The position numbers and the translations under genes were made by a program. From assembly GCA_051294375.1 (NCBI GenBank), contig CM119271.1, positions 5,693,991-5,757,990 of the forward strand: 64,000 nt of DNA, given 5' to 3'. The stretch's first letter is position 1, and every line of letters begins with the position of its first letter. Shown piece after piece: positions 27,601 through 40,200 of the stretch. This DNA comes from Paraspadella gotoi (lineage: Eukaryota > Animalia > Chaetognatha). A model generated the notes under the pieces. The model was not told the origin of the DNA. It did no database searches and saw nothing but the letters and a program-made list of their open reading frames with translations.

Positions 27601-30600
27601 CACCCCCGCCATGCCGGTCTGGCTCTCAACCCTCGTCATGCCTCACCTTAACAGTGCCATGTTGTGATACACCCCCGCCATGCCGGTCTGGCTCTCAACC
27701 CTCGTCATGCCTCACCTTAACAGGCCATGTTGTGATGCACCCCGCCATGCCGGTCTGTCCTCTCAACCCTCGTCATGCCTCACCTTAACAGCACCAGGTT
27801 GTGATGCACCCCGCCATGCCGGTCTGGCTCTCCGCCCTCGTCATGCCTCACCTTAACAGCGCCATGTTGTGATGCACCCCCGCCATGCCGGTCTGGCTCT
27901 CCGCCCTCGTCATGCCTCACCTTAAACAGCGCCATGTTGTGATGCACCCCCGTCATGCCAGTCTGGCTCTCCGCCCTCGTCATGCCTCACCTTAACAGCG
28001 CCATGTTGTGATGCACCCCTGCCATGCCGGTCTGGCTCTCAACCCTCGTCATGCCTCACCTAAACAGCCCATCGTTGTATGCACCCCCGCCATGCCGGTC
28101 TGGCTCTCCGCCCTCGTCATGCATCGCATCGCCTCCTCCAATTTCTTCTCGACTTCCCGGAGTTCGTCGAGGGCGGCGCGACCTTCGTCCGCGCGGAGGC
28201 GAGAGTCTTGAAGCTGGGGTGGGGGATGGAGTGAGGTGAGGAGTGAAGGTGGAGAAGGATGGAGTAAAGAGAAAGTTCTTTTATGTTCTCGTGTTAATAG
28301 TTTTTGTCGGAAAGAAAGTTTATAAATATACCATTTTCATTCATCTCTGAGTCTAAGCTTTTTTTTCTTTTTTTTATTCATCTCTCCACTTTTCTTCTTT
28401 TTTTCCTTTTATCTCTTAAATTTTCTCCTGTGGTGGTATATTCGCACCGCCTCACGTCCACCATTGTTCAGCCAAGTCCATTAGCTCAGAGGGGGAACAC
28501 ACCATCCCAGGCGTAATGTTCCATCCACAGTCCTGACTACTTCCCTCTGCGTTGGCAAAGCGAGACCGTCCTAGGGTTTCAGCGCCAGTGACTGGATGCA
28601 TCAATGAGGGTCGGAAGCCCCTAAAGCAAACAGTTAGATGCCCCATCCCAATGGGCATCACAGGCAACCCGGCGGTTGCCATACTCCTCAATTTCAATTC
28701 ATCCTTTTTTGTCATTTTTCATTTTCCCCATTTACTATCCTCCAAATTCTTTTGATCACACGTCATCTCGGCTCCTCTTTGCTCCTCTCTTCTGCTCCAA
28801 CTCCCCCCTCACCTTAATCTTTCCAATGTGATCGAGCAACCTTCCGCGATATTCATCGATGACCTTGGAGTCGAAAGCCTCGTCGCCCGCGGAGGCGATG
28901 CTCTCCACCGTCCGCAGGGCCTCGTTGTACCAGTGCTCCGCCGCTGTCGTCTTGAACATGTAGGCGTACAGGTCGGCCATGCTCTCCTAGATGGGAGGAA
29001 AAAGGAGGGAATGACAAAAAATTGCAACGACCCTAATTGACAATTGAAAGTTGTAGTGGACTCACAGTCTCACGAAATGAGAAAATATGATTCTACAATC
29101 CACATTGTGGTCTAAGCTTTTATCCAAATCTAGTATAAAAATATATAAAATATATAAAAGTATATAAATAATATCATTATCTTGTAAGAGTGATGGAGGC
29201 CTTAAACCACAAAAAGCCTGTCCAAAAGTCAGGGGCAAGATAGCTTGTTTATTGTATGAATGGATAATTTTTATATCGGTTGTACCAATTTCATAATAAT
29301 TTTTACCAAAAATTAATTAGAATACTAACCTGAATCTGACAGTTGATTGTCTTCTCGTCCTGCGAGAGAGGGGAGCAGGTCTTCATGTGTTGATAGGCCT
29401 GAGTGAGGAGAGACTCTGCATCGCCGAAGAGGCCGAGCTGGGACAGGAGCTGACCCGCCAGGCACCCGAGCAGCGCCACCTGGGTCTGCGGGATCAGCGT
29501 CAGCGCCGTAAGGACGATGTCGATGTCGGTGGAGGATTCCTGGAGAAAGGGGAGAGGGTTGGAGAGATGACGGGGATGTCGGGATGTCGGATCAGAGGAC
29601 AAGTGAGGAATATTTAATAGATCGACCTAAAATCTACAAACTCGTTAGATCTGTGCAAACAAGTCCCTTTAGGTTTTTCTTAGTCTTTAAAACATTTGAA
29701 AACCTTGATAACTCAATTGACCGGAATAAAAAAAATACCATCAATTAAGCAATCAAATCAATCAATCAAAGAAGACGACTCTTCCCTCCGACCTGTTTCG
29801 GCAGATGCTTCATGGACGGGAAATGATCGAAATCTTCGACGTCACCGGCGAACGACGGCGCCGCAACGCTCACTTCGACCGGGAAACCCGGCGCCGACGA
29901 CGCCGACACCACGCCCCCGACGGACGCTCCCGATGAGGAAGAGCCGGAGAAGGTGGAACCGGCGCCAGAGTCCGAGGAAGACGCGTCGAAAGCTTTGAGG
30001 GTCGAGCCGTAGACGGAGGCGGACGAGGACGGCGCCAACCGGTTCGTCGATGGCAACGGCGTCGACCGGAGAGAGCCGACGGGGGCGTCCGGGTTGAACT
30101 CGTCGTCCTCCGTGGCTTCGCTGCGTTGAAGACTCGCTGGAAAATGGGAAGGGGCATTTTATGTGAGGAACCAAGATATCCACAAAGTAAAAGTCAGTGA
30201 CGGGTATTCAGGAAAAAAAAAAAGGTAAATAAAAGTCGCAATGACCATTAGATTGATCATTTGTTTTGTTTTTTTTTGTTTTGTTTTTTTTTTAAGTTTT
30301 TTTTTTGCCCCCCATAAAGCCTAAAGCATATTGCAAAAACCGTTTCTTTACCCGTTCAATATGTACCTCGCTACTACATTCAAGAGCTTTTTTTTTAACT
30401 GATGGACAAAAATACCGAGACAGTCTACCAAAAATTATAATAAGTCGCTTACCCTTCCGTAAAGGCGAGCTCTGTTGATCGGCCTCGTCCTCGGATCCGC
30501 CAGGGGTCGAGGGTCCGGGTGAACTTTTCTCCGATTCGCTCAAGAACTGAGTCACCGTCTCCATCATCGAGCGGTAGTAGTGGCCGGGGTTTTTGCCCAC

Positions 30601-33600
30601 GTTCGGGTCGGAGAGGACCTGGAAGAAGTCGGACAGAGATCGGTCGTCGGGGTTTGGTTTCTCTATCCGGCTCGCTCAATTCTCACTCTTAATTAGTAAA
30701 TTGTTAATTTAGTTTTCGTGGATTAAAGCAGGTAATAAGTTTCGAAAAATTGAAACTAAAAGCCGTTAATTAATATATTGTGGCAGTGCGACTTAAAAAC
30801 TGCCTCACAGCTGTCTGTCCTCAGCCTCGTCTCAATGGCTGAGTGATCAAGATCATCTCGTTTCAACCGCGCGTCCCGGGTACAATCCTAGGAAATCCCG
30901 GTTCTCATGCCAGTAACAGGAGATGGTCACTGACGGTACGCAGCCCCTACGCCAGTTGGTGAGATACACTACGCCGCGGGTATCACAGGCAATCCTCCCG
31001 TTGCCATGTAATATCAACGTAGGAAATGGATAGATGGATCTGATTTTCTCGTTTTGTTTTATTGCCTTTTCTTCTCTAATGACGATTCAGAGAACCGACG
31101 GGAGAAAGATGAGAAAAGAAACGAGGCAGTCCTCAACTCAAGTTTATGAATTATTTTGTTTGTACATCAAATTATCGTTTAAGCATCGCAATCTCCCTCA
31201 AATGTTATTATCTATTCGTTTAATGGTGTTAATAAAACTCATAATTTCTCCGAAATAAACCACGCCAACATCTTTTGTTTATGCAAAGCTAATTATAAAT
31301 TTACAAATATATTGATACCTTCCAGTATCTCAACATGTCGAGACGGCGCGACTGTGACTCGTCGTGCCAAAACTCGAGGAACACGTTGGGATCCGCCAAA
31401 ACCTGAGCGAAAAAGAAACGATTAAAAACGATAGGTTTATATAGTTATTAGTTAAATCGAGAAACTTTTAATAATGTAGCCAACCAATGACGACGAACCT
31501 GAGCCAAAGCGCCGTGATCTCCGACCATCTCAAGTTGCCATGGCAACTCCTCCGACCTCCGCGCGCTGTGGGGTTGATTCATGAAGTAGTTGGCCAGGTA
31601 GCAGTGGAACCTAACGATAGTGGAGCCATGCCAGTAAAAGATATCCAGTATCTACTCCTATTCAATATTATAATTTTCTATAATTAAACACTTAATTGGA
31701 AAAAAGAACAAAGAGAACACGATAAAGATATCACTGGAAAAGTGACAAGACTTGCATATCGATTATACTACTAGATGTAAATTAGATTTAAGTATTTCGC
31801 AGGAACTCACTTTTCCTTGATTTCCATGTGCGTCGCCCGTCGAGCGTAGCTTTTCATAGGAACTCGGTTCGGTTGAGAAAAAAATCCCAACAAAATGTAG
31901 TCGATGGCCTCTTGTAAATGTTGGTGATGGAAAGTGAGAAGGCCTGAAATATCGGAGTGGGAATGAGGCGAGAGCGAAGAGGGTGAATCAATGCAAGGTA
32001 TCCTTAAATGAATGATATGTAAAATAATAATACTAAACTTCTAAGATTTGAGATCAGATTCGGGAAATTTTAAGATTCGCTATAATTCGCTTTGATGCAA
32101 GAAAGGTTCACACGCTGGGAAATTCATTTTTAAAAAGTTTTTTTTATCTTTGTAATCACTCATAATTGTGACGTCAACTTTTTCCTGATATCGCGTCTTC
32201 CCAAACCTCAGCCTCAAACTTACCCTGCGGTTTTTCGAAGAGCGCCTCACCCGCGGCGGATCGGAATATCGCCCAGTCCAGCTCCGTCACCTTCGACTGA
32301 CCATCATAGCTGGGTAAGGCCGAGGAGAAAAAAAATAGGAAATATTTTCATACAATTGAAACATTCTTTGAAATATTATACAACTTCATTGATAGGGAAG
32401 CCAGGTACTCTGGGAGTGAATAAATGAGACTGTGAGAGAGTCTTGATTGAAAGCTTGCAGGGACCTGGTAAGTCATTATCTTGTAAGAGTGATGGAGGTC
32501 TTAAACCACCAAAGCCTGTCCAAAGTCAGGGGCAAGATAGCTTATTTATTAAATGAATTGATAATTTTTATTTTGGTAGTACCAATTTCATAAAAGAGAA
32601 TGTAATAAAAACGAGACAGGAGATATAAGGATAAGGTCAATTGAATTGAGCCTCGCTCACCCTAATCTCTCGAGGCATCCCAAGATTTCTTCCTTGGAGA
32701 GTCCCGAGCGAGATACGGCGATGAGGCGAAGCGCGTCGGCCACCCAGCCCGTTGTGGACTCTGCGAAAAAGGTTCGCGCTTATTTTAATAATTTATAATT
32801 TATTTAATTTAATTAATTTAATAATTAATAATTGTGCCTTCCAAAGAAAAAAACCTAAAAACGAGCACTACAGCTCGTAGAAACGTACCAACAATATTCA
32901 ATTAAAATAAAATTGTTTTCACCGTCTCACCAGTTCCGGGTGACCGCGAAGAGCTGTGTCGAAAGCTCGATCCTGATTGGCCGAAACCTCCTCCAATCAG
33001 CTTCTTGTCTCTGTCCCATCCGTAGTCGCGCGTCCAACGGCGTATAATCTCTATCCAGAGTTCGGTGATTGACGGAACGTCGACGTAGCTGGTTTGGGTG
33101 AAAAATGGTTCAATTGGTTTATTGTTTTTTTATGTTTTGCTATGGAAAAACAAATCAATCCCAAGAGAAATCCATCTCTCAATAACCGCTTAATAAAATG
33201 TCAATTTCATTTTGAGAAGAAGAATTTAAACGCTTAGCCTGTTTTTTTCAAATCAATTAATCAATGACTCAATCTAACGATTCGATCAATCAATTCATCT
33301 CACCGGTTCAACTGTTCGTCAAGACGATCAAAGACACCGCAGACTCTGAGTTCGTTGGCCACAACCGAGAGAAACAGAGGGTAATTGGCCAGTTTGCAAT
33401 TGACGAGGCGAGAGATTTGACTCTGCGGGAGGAAGTTAAGCGATAAGGGGTAAGTTTTCAGTTTTCAGCGAGAGATTTGACTGATGTGGGATTATCGGTG
33501 AGTTTATGGCGCCGGATGTTTGGCTTTGCTGAAGTAAGGCCAAGTGGGCCGAGTTTTTAAATCGGTAAAGTAAGAGGCATATACTAGAAATTTAAAATTG

Positions 33601-34247
33601 ATAGAGTAGACATGAATATAAATAAAAGATTAGTAAGATTAAAAGGTATTTTAACCCACTTTTTTGTCGAATAGAAACATAAGTAAGCGCAAAAGATTTA
33701 TAAGTTTCAGAATAATGATTAAATTAAATCATTTGCCCTCGACCTCGCGACTATTTTTTTCCTACGGGTTAGCACGAGTCAAGTGGACACAAAAAAAAAA
33801 AATTATCAAGATCTCAAAAAATATTGGAGGAATCAACTCCGGTTAAAACCGGTGTTAAAACCGGTTTTAATTCCGGCATTTTAAATTCCGGCAAAAACCC
33901 CCGAGCGGAACCAAAAAGAGCGGGAACTAACGTCGTTGAGACATTTGCAGTGAACTTTGAGATGCTTGGTGATTAGCTGCTTCCTGTCTTCCTCGTTGGC
34001 CAATGACGGAACTCGAAGGATTTCAACGTCGCTTCTCTTGGAGAGACTCTTGTAGGTCGAGTCTGATTCCACGGTGGTAAGGATCAGTTTGCACGTCGAC
34101 GAAATCTCGCGCGGAAGCCAGGTAAGGTCGCCGATCTAAGGAGTGGGAGGTTGAAGGAGAAAATGAAGGGAAGGAGATGGCGGTGAGATGAAATTTGAAT
34201 GACTTGTTGTCATGGATTCTCTTTCGGTCTTTAATACCTTGTCGCTT

Positions 34248-34288
<41 letters not shown>

Positions 34289-37200
34289 CCAACCTGATCG
34301 TCGGTGGCGCCTCTGATGGAATGAGTGAATTCGTTGATTCCCGCCACCATGAGAACGCAGCGTTGTTGAGAAGTGGTCGCGTTTAGCGTCTCGTACAAGT
34401 TGAAAAAATCTGAAATTCGGATATGGTATATATATATTTTCATGCACCGTGGGAACTAATCTACTCTAATATCGTCAAATAATGACAAATACTTTAAAAT
34501 ATTGATTAATTTTGAACATATACGATCAAATACCGTAAAAACTGCCAAATATTGTTAAATTCAGTTAAAAAATATCTTCAAAAATTGTTAAATATTGTTA
34601 AATATTGTTAAATATTGTTAAATATCATTACCCGAGAGATCAATTCCGTCTCCATCATTCAAAGCGTTTTGCGTCGGGTTCTGTGCGTCCGCGCGGAGAT
34701 CCATGATGGCGCTGAAGGGAGCGAGTGGATTATGTTAATTAGAAACTATTATAATTAAACATAATCCGCGAATAAAAAACTAAAGATTAAATAGGGGCGA
34801 CCAACTCTGAAAGGTCCAAACGATGAAATATACCTTAAAATTCTTAACAATTAGAGTATTGACCAATCAATCAACCAATCAATCAATCAATAATTCGCTC
34901 ACCGTCTCATAAAAGCGCTGATGTCGGCACTGAGGGCCGAAGCTCCTACGTAGTGAGAGAAAAACTTAATTCCTTTCTTGTTGGCCTCAGTTTGAAAGTC
35001 TTTGGCCCAATTGGCCACGATGGAAGTCTTTCCAGAGCCTCTGTTTTGGGGGAAAGACGTGTTTTGGGGGAAAGACGTGTTTAGGTTTAATGGGTATTAG
35101 AGAAAAAATCAAAAGATGAAAACAGTTTTTTATTCATATTATTCATATTATATTAAAAGTTATAGACAAAAATATTTAGATTGAACAACAGATTTTATGT
35201 CTAAAACTATGATTTGTATAATGTATATGTATAATGTATGTAATGTATATGTATGTAAAATGTGTGCAAATTTTCATACAATGTACAATGTATATAGTCT
35301 ATACAATATACAATATATATATAAATAAATCTTGGAAACAATCACCTCTCTCCCACAAGAAGCAGAATTCTCTTTGGCGACGACTGCGACGACGTTTCCG
35401 CCTTGTTGTTGTTATTGTTGTTGTTGCCGCTAATGTTGTTGTTGTAGCCGTGATTCCCTCCCGGGTCGAGAAGCGGGGGTCCTTTGCCCTGCGGCTCCAA
35501 AACCGGATCTAAGATGGCGTGACTTCCGGTTGCGCTGAGTCGATGACGAATCGCGGGGTGACCGATATCCAAACAACCCTGAAAAAAAAAATGAATTGAA
35601 TTTTATAAATCTACTAGTTAAACTTAAGTAGTCGATAAGTCAAAATAATACTATGAGAACCGGTTCAGAAAATTAAAAACGAAAAGTACACGACTTTTAT
35701 TTGGCAAAGAATCTGTTATTTTAAAAGTGAAAGAAGAAATTAAAGAAATTGTGAAAAAAATATAGGGGTTCAATTCTGGCATAAAATGTAATGTGTTATA
35801 TCATAATATGTTTGTTTTTTCTCACTTGTAAAAATGCCAAAAAAAAAAAAAGAGAAAATTGTGAATTTTTTTCATCGGTCAGGATTTTCAAAAACCGAAA
35901 CAACATCAATCAACAACAACATCCCCATCATTCGCCCATCGAACCTCAGCGAACGAGGTCATCCGCTCGTGAAGCTTCTTAATCTCAGCGGTGGCGACGA
36001 AGACTCTCCGCTTGCTCTCCGCGTAGGCCTCTTGAATCGCCCACTCGACGTAGTGATCCCCGTTTTGATCCACCTAAAGTCCGAAAGAAAGAAAAAAAAA
36101 CGCTTGACCTCAATTAACTCGGTCGTCTTTTCCAAAACCGCCCCCCCCCCCATTTTCAGCCTAAATTCAAAAGTTAAGTTTATTTTTAGGTTTAAAAATT
36201 AATTTGGTTTTGAGATTAGAATATATGGATTTGGTTAAAGTTTTGGTTAGGGATTAGGGTTGAGAGATAAGGTTTAAGATCAAGGATTATGATTACATTT
36301 AGGGATTAAGGTTAAGTATTAGATTAAATATTTAAAAAAAAGATATTTAGGTTAACTATCAGGATGGGGAACAAAAAATGGGGCACTTTGGAGAAATTGT
36401 GAAAATTATACATTGTATATTGTATTATTGTATATTGTATATATATACAATGTGATGTTATTAGTGGAGATTGAAAATGGAAATACTAAACCTGATCGAT
36501 GAGAGGCGGATACATTTTGTCGACGACTCGATTCCAGTCGCTTAGGATGCATCGGCCCAACTCTTCTTTGGTTCTGTTTTGTTTAAAAAACAGGATTCAA
36601 TGAAACATATATAACAAACAAACATATATATGACACATATATACGGCGAGGAAGAGAGAGGGGGATTCATGCCATGATTCAAGTAGATTGTTTTTGACTA
36701 ACGCCATTATATTATCTTTTTTCCCTAGGAAACTGTACTGTACAGTATACAGTACAGTACAGTAAAGTACTGTACAGTACCCAGTATCAAGTCAAATGCC
36801 TTTCTGAAAATTTGTAGACACATTAGATCGATGACCATTTTTTAACTTTGCTGAAAAAACTGCTCTCCCCTCTCAGTAAAATTTCACTTAACAAAATAAT
36901 TGTAAAAGTAAACGTCTCCAACAATTTCCAACACCTTTAATAAATCATCTTCGAACTTACCGAAAGAACTGCACCGGGTAAGGTCCGTTCTTGATCTTCT
37001 TCTTGAGCTTAAGCAACTGCTCTTGAGCGTAACGAGTTTCTCCAGTCTCTTCGACTTGACGTTTCATGATAGCTTCACTGGTCGCGTCCCACTCGGTCTA
37101 AAAAAAGTGATTTAAGGATAAATCGTATTAAAAGATATTGGCGGAACATGTGTGAAAAAATCATTATTTCTTTAATAAACCAGCGATCTTTTACTAGATA

Positions 37201-40200
37201 ATAGCAGGAATAATCGGGGCTCTCACAGTCTGTGTTTTGGATTTCATAATTACATTCTACGTACTGTCATCGACTCGTATTATATATTTAACAGATAAAT
37301 AATAATATATTTAAATATTGAAAAACAAAAATATTTTAACCAATAAATAAAATCGTAAATAAGAGTTATTTTAAATCTATAAATTTATATTTTATAAAAT
37401 AATGATAGTGAAACAAATAAATTTGCAACTTTCATTATTTGTTATTTTCAGCATTTTTCGAAAGATTTTTATATTGAATATTGAAAAAGATTGGAAAGAT
37501 TTAGAAATTATTCGATAAATAAATTAATAATCCTTGATAATCCATTGTTTCTTTTTTTTTAGACTTTCCATTTTATTTTTCGATCCTTGCTTTTTTTTTT
37601 CTATCTTCGTTTTTCTCATTACTTTTTCTCTTTTGTTCTTTCGACTCAGAACCGAAGGAAACATAAACAAACAATGGAATTGAATGTAAAGGAAAATCGC
37701 GTTTCTTGCCTTGGCGGAGAGATTTCGTTAACGTGACCTCTCTCTGTCTCTATCTTTCCCTCCTCTCACATTCTCTTTTTTTCTCCTGTTACCTTTCTAA
37801 ATGATTTTCATTCGGAAAAAAAACTAAATACTATATAACTATAAAAACTATATATTTTGACTATGCAAGAACGTCTATAATGACTCGCAGAATAGCCTTT
37901 TACAAAGGCAGTAGCAGTTTACTGAGAACCTTTGGAAAGGTTACAGCTATAGGCTATTATAGCTCTCAGACGCAGTCGCCAGAATCACGACTACCCTACA
38001 CCAACTTAATAACATAATGACTTAATGACATAATTTTTGAAAAAGATTTATATTTTCTTTTATCAACTTTTTATGGGGAATCTGAATCTGCTCTCAAAAA
38101 AAAATATTTTTAAAATTTTGCCATTATATAAGGGTAGTATTATATACAAAATAAGCTGACTGGGCTACTATATTTGTAAAAAAAAGAAAAAATAACTACA
38201 GATTAGTATTCACTAATACGATAGTTTTCAAGATATAACTGCTAAATTTTGATTCCAAACTTTCACTTCACCCTACTACACAGCGTAGTAAACAGAGTAG
38301 TACACACAACATCTCACCTTATCTATCAACTTATCCGCGGCTTCGTTGACCCGAAAGTAGAAGAAACAGTGTTCGTTCTTGAGCTGTTCCGCGCTCTGAA
38401 TTATCTCCAGCTCCGTGATGGAGAGGTTCTGGTATCCATCCTCCAGAATCCACGGATGGAACTTTCCGCCGACGAGATAATTCCAGTCCAACCAGTGCAT
38501 CGATTCGCAATCGTCGTCGTCTGGCCATTCCTGAAGGGGAGGAGAGAAACGGGTTGGTGAATGATGACTGATGTTTAGTCTAGTCTAGTTGATGTAAGAT
38601 TGGTAGGTGGGGCCGATTCATATGGAGACGATGACATTGACATGATGTTAATGTCACTGAGGATCGGCAGAAGCGATTAAACGCGTGCGTGCATCACGCA
38701 TTATTATGTATCTGCCAATTTGTAAATAGTCATCTATTTAGTACGAAATATTTATTAGAAGACGTTTGAATTATTTTTTATAACGATTTTATTGTATTAA
38801 AACGAACATGTTTGGGCTTACAGCGTCAATTAAATGTATGCCGAAACATGTTCGTTTTAATACAATAAAAATCGGTGTAGAAAATAATTCAAACGTCTTC
38901 TAATATCAAAACCACAAAGAAAAGAAAGGAAAATCACGATGTCTAAAAATAATTATTTAAAATTCCGTACACGGACGGACGAAGGGATTTAGTAGCGACT
39001 GAAGGAACGGTCGGAGCGAGCAGTACGTCTCTACCTCCACGCGGTGCTAGCGGGAACATCCTTTCGGATGGCAAAAGAGACGGGAGGCTCGAGCAAACAA
39101 GTAGGAAAAGTCGAAAAGACGGAATCTCGATCCGTTTCTTGGGTAACGGAGTGGATTAGTCCCTTTGTTGGACGAATGTCTTTCGAGTCGAGTCAAACGA
39201 ACGGACCGACGGACGGTCTTTTTTTTCTTTTTACAAAAAAAAACCCAACAACAACAGCAACAGCAACAGCAACAGCAACAACAACGACTAACGAAGAACC
39301 AAGGAACCTTGGGAATGTCGGCGAAATCGGGCGACCGGTGACTCCCGTATTTGTTGCCGAGGAGACAGATGAAGTAAGGAGCCGACTCGGTGATGTAGTC
39401 CAGACAAAGTTGAATGACTTTTCCGTCCTTCGCTTGTTCGTCGTTGATGCCCCATCGCAGGTCGACCGGGGCGAAGGAGGATCCGCGAGATTTCACCTGG
39501 GGGGGGTGGGGGGGAGGTAGGATAGTGTGAAGGGAGGTTAGGGAAAGGGTGGGAAGTTAGCCACCGAGAGGGAAAAGAAACGGAGGCTTATTAAAAAGGA
39601 TACTTTTTTGTAAACGCAGAGTGGAACGAAATAAATATTTTGATAACCTTAAGTGTAAGCGATATAAAAAATTCTTGCCTTCTGTCTCTGGACACTGTGG
39701 ACAGTGGACAGTGGACAGTGTATGATCGGTTAAAGCATCGTCGCTTTAACAAGATAATTAGCTACAAGCAATCATTCAAAACTATCTAATAATCAACAAT
39801 TCGGTTAAGTAAACTAAATTATTATAATTAGTTACCGTTTGGTCCAAAGTGGGAAAGATCTTTTTCATCAAATAATCTCTTTCTTGAGCAAAGTCGGTGA
39901 AGGAGGAAGAGATGAAAGGACGGATCGGGTAGCGGTACTGAAAGAAAGAAAGAAAAAAGTAAAGCTTAAATGTCGATATATGAAAATTGAAAACCTTGAA
40001 AAAACAATACATAACAAACATAACAAACAATACAGAAGCTTGCTTTTATCATCTCGAATCTACAATAAAAATTTTTTTAATCATATAGATTTTATTTATT
40101 ATGTTTTGTCTTTTATTTGATGGAACGATTTTGTGTGATTTACTTTGAAAATCTCGAATATTTTAGTCGATCCAATACCGCCAAAGAAATTGATCGAGAG

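Noticed and set aside
26860-28122. CRISPR-like appearance and Cys/Pro-rich repeat ORFs on the + strand
   Set aside because: Units are contiguous with no unique spacers and no cas genes. The sequence derives from a minus-strand exon end, so the + strand ORFs are by-products of the 69-bp period.
39047-39307. Poly-Cys extension of ORF 39047-39496
   Set aside because: It lies past the phase-0 donor at 39308 and is an intronic (TGTTGC)n repeat.
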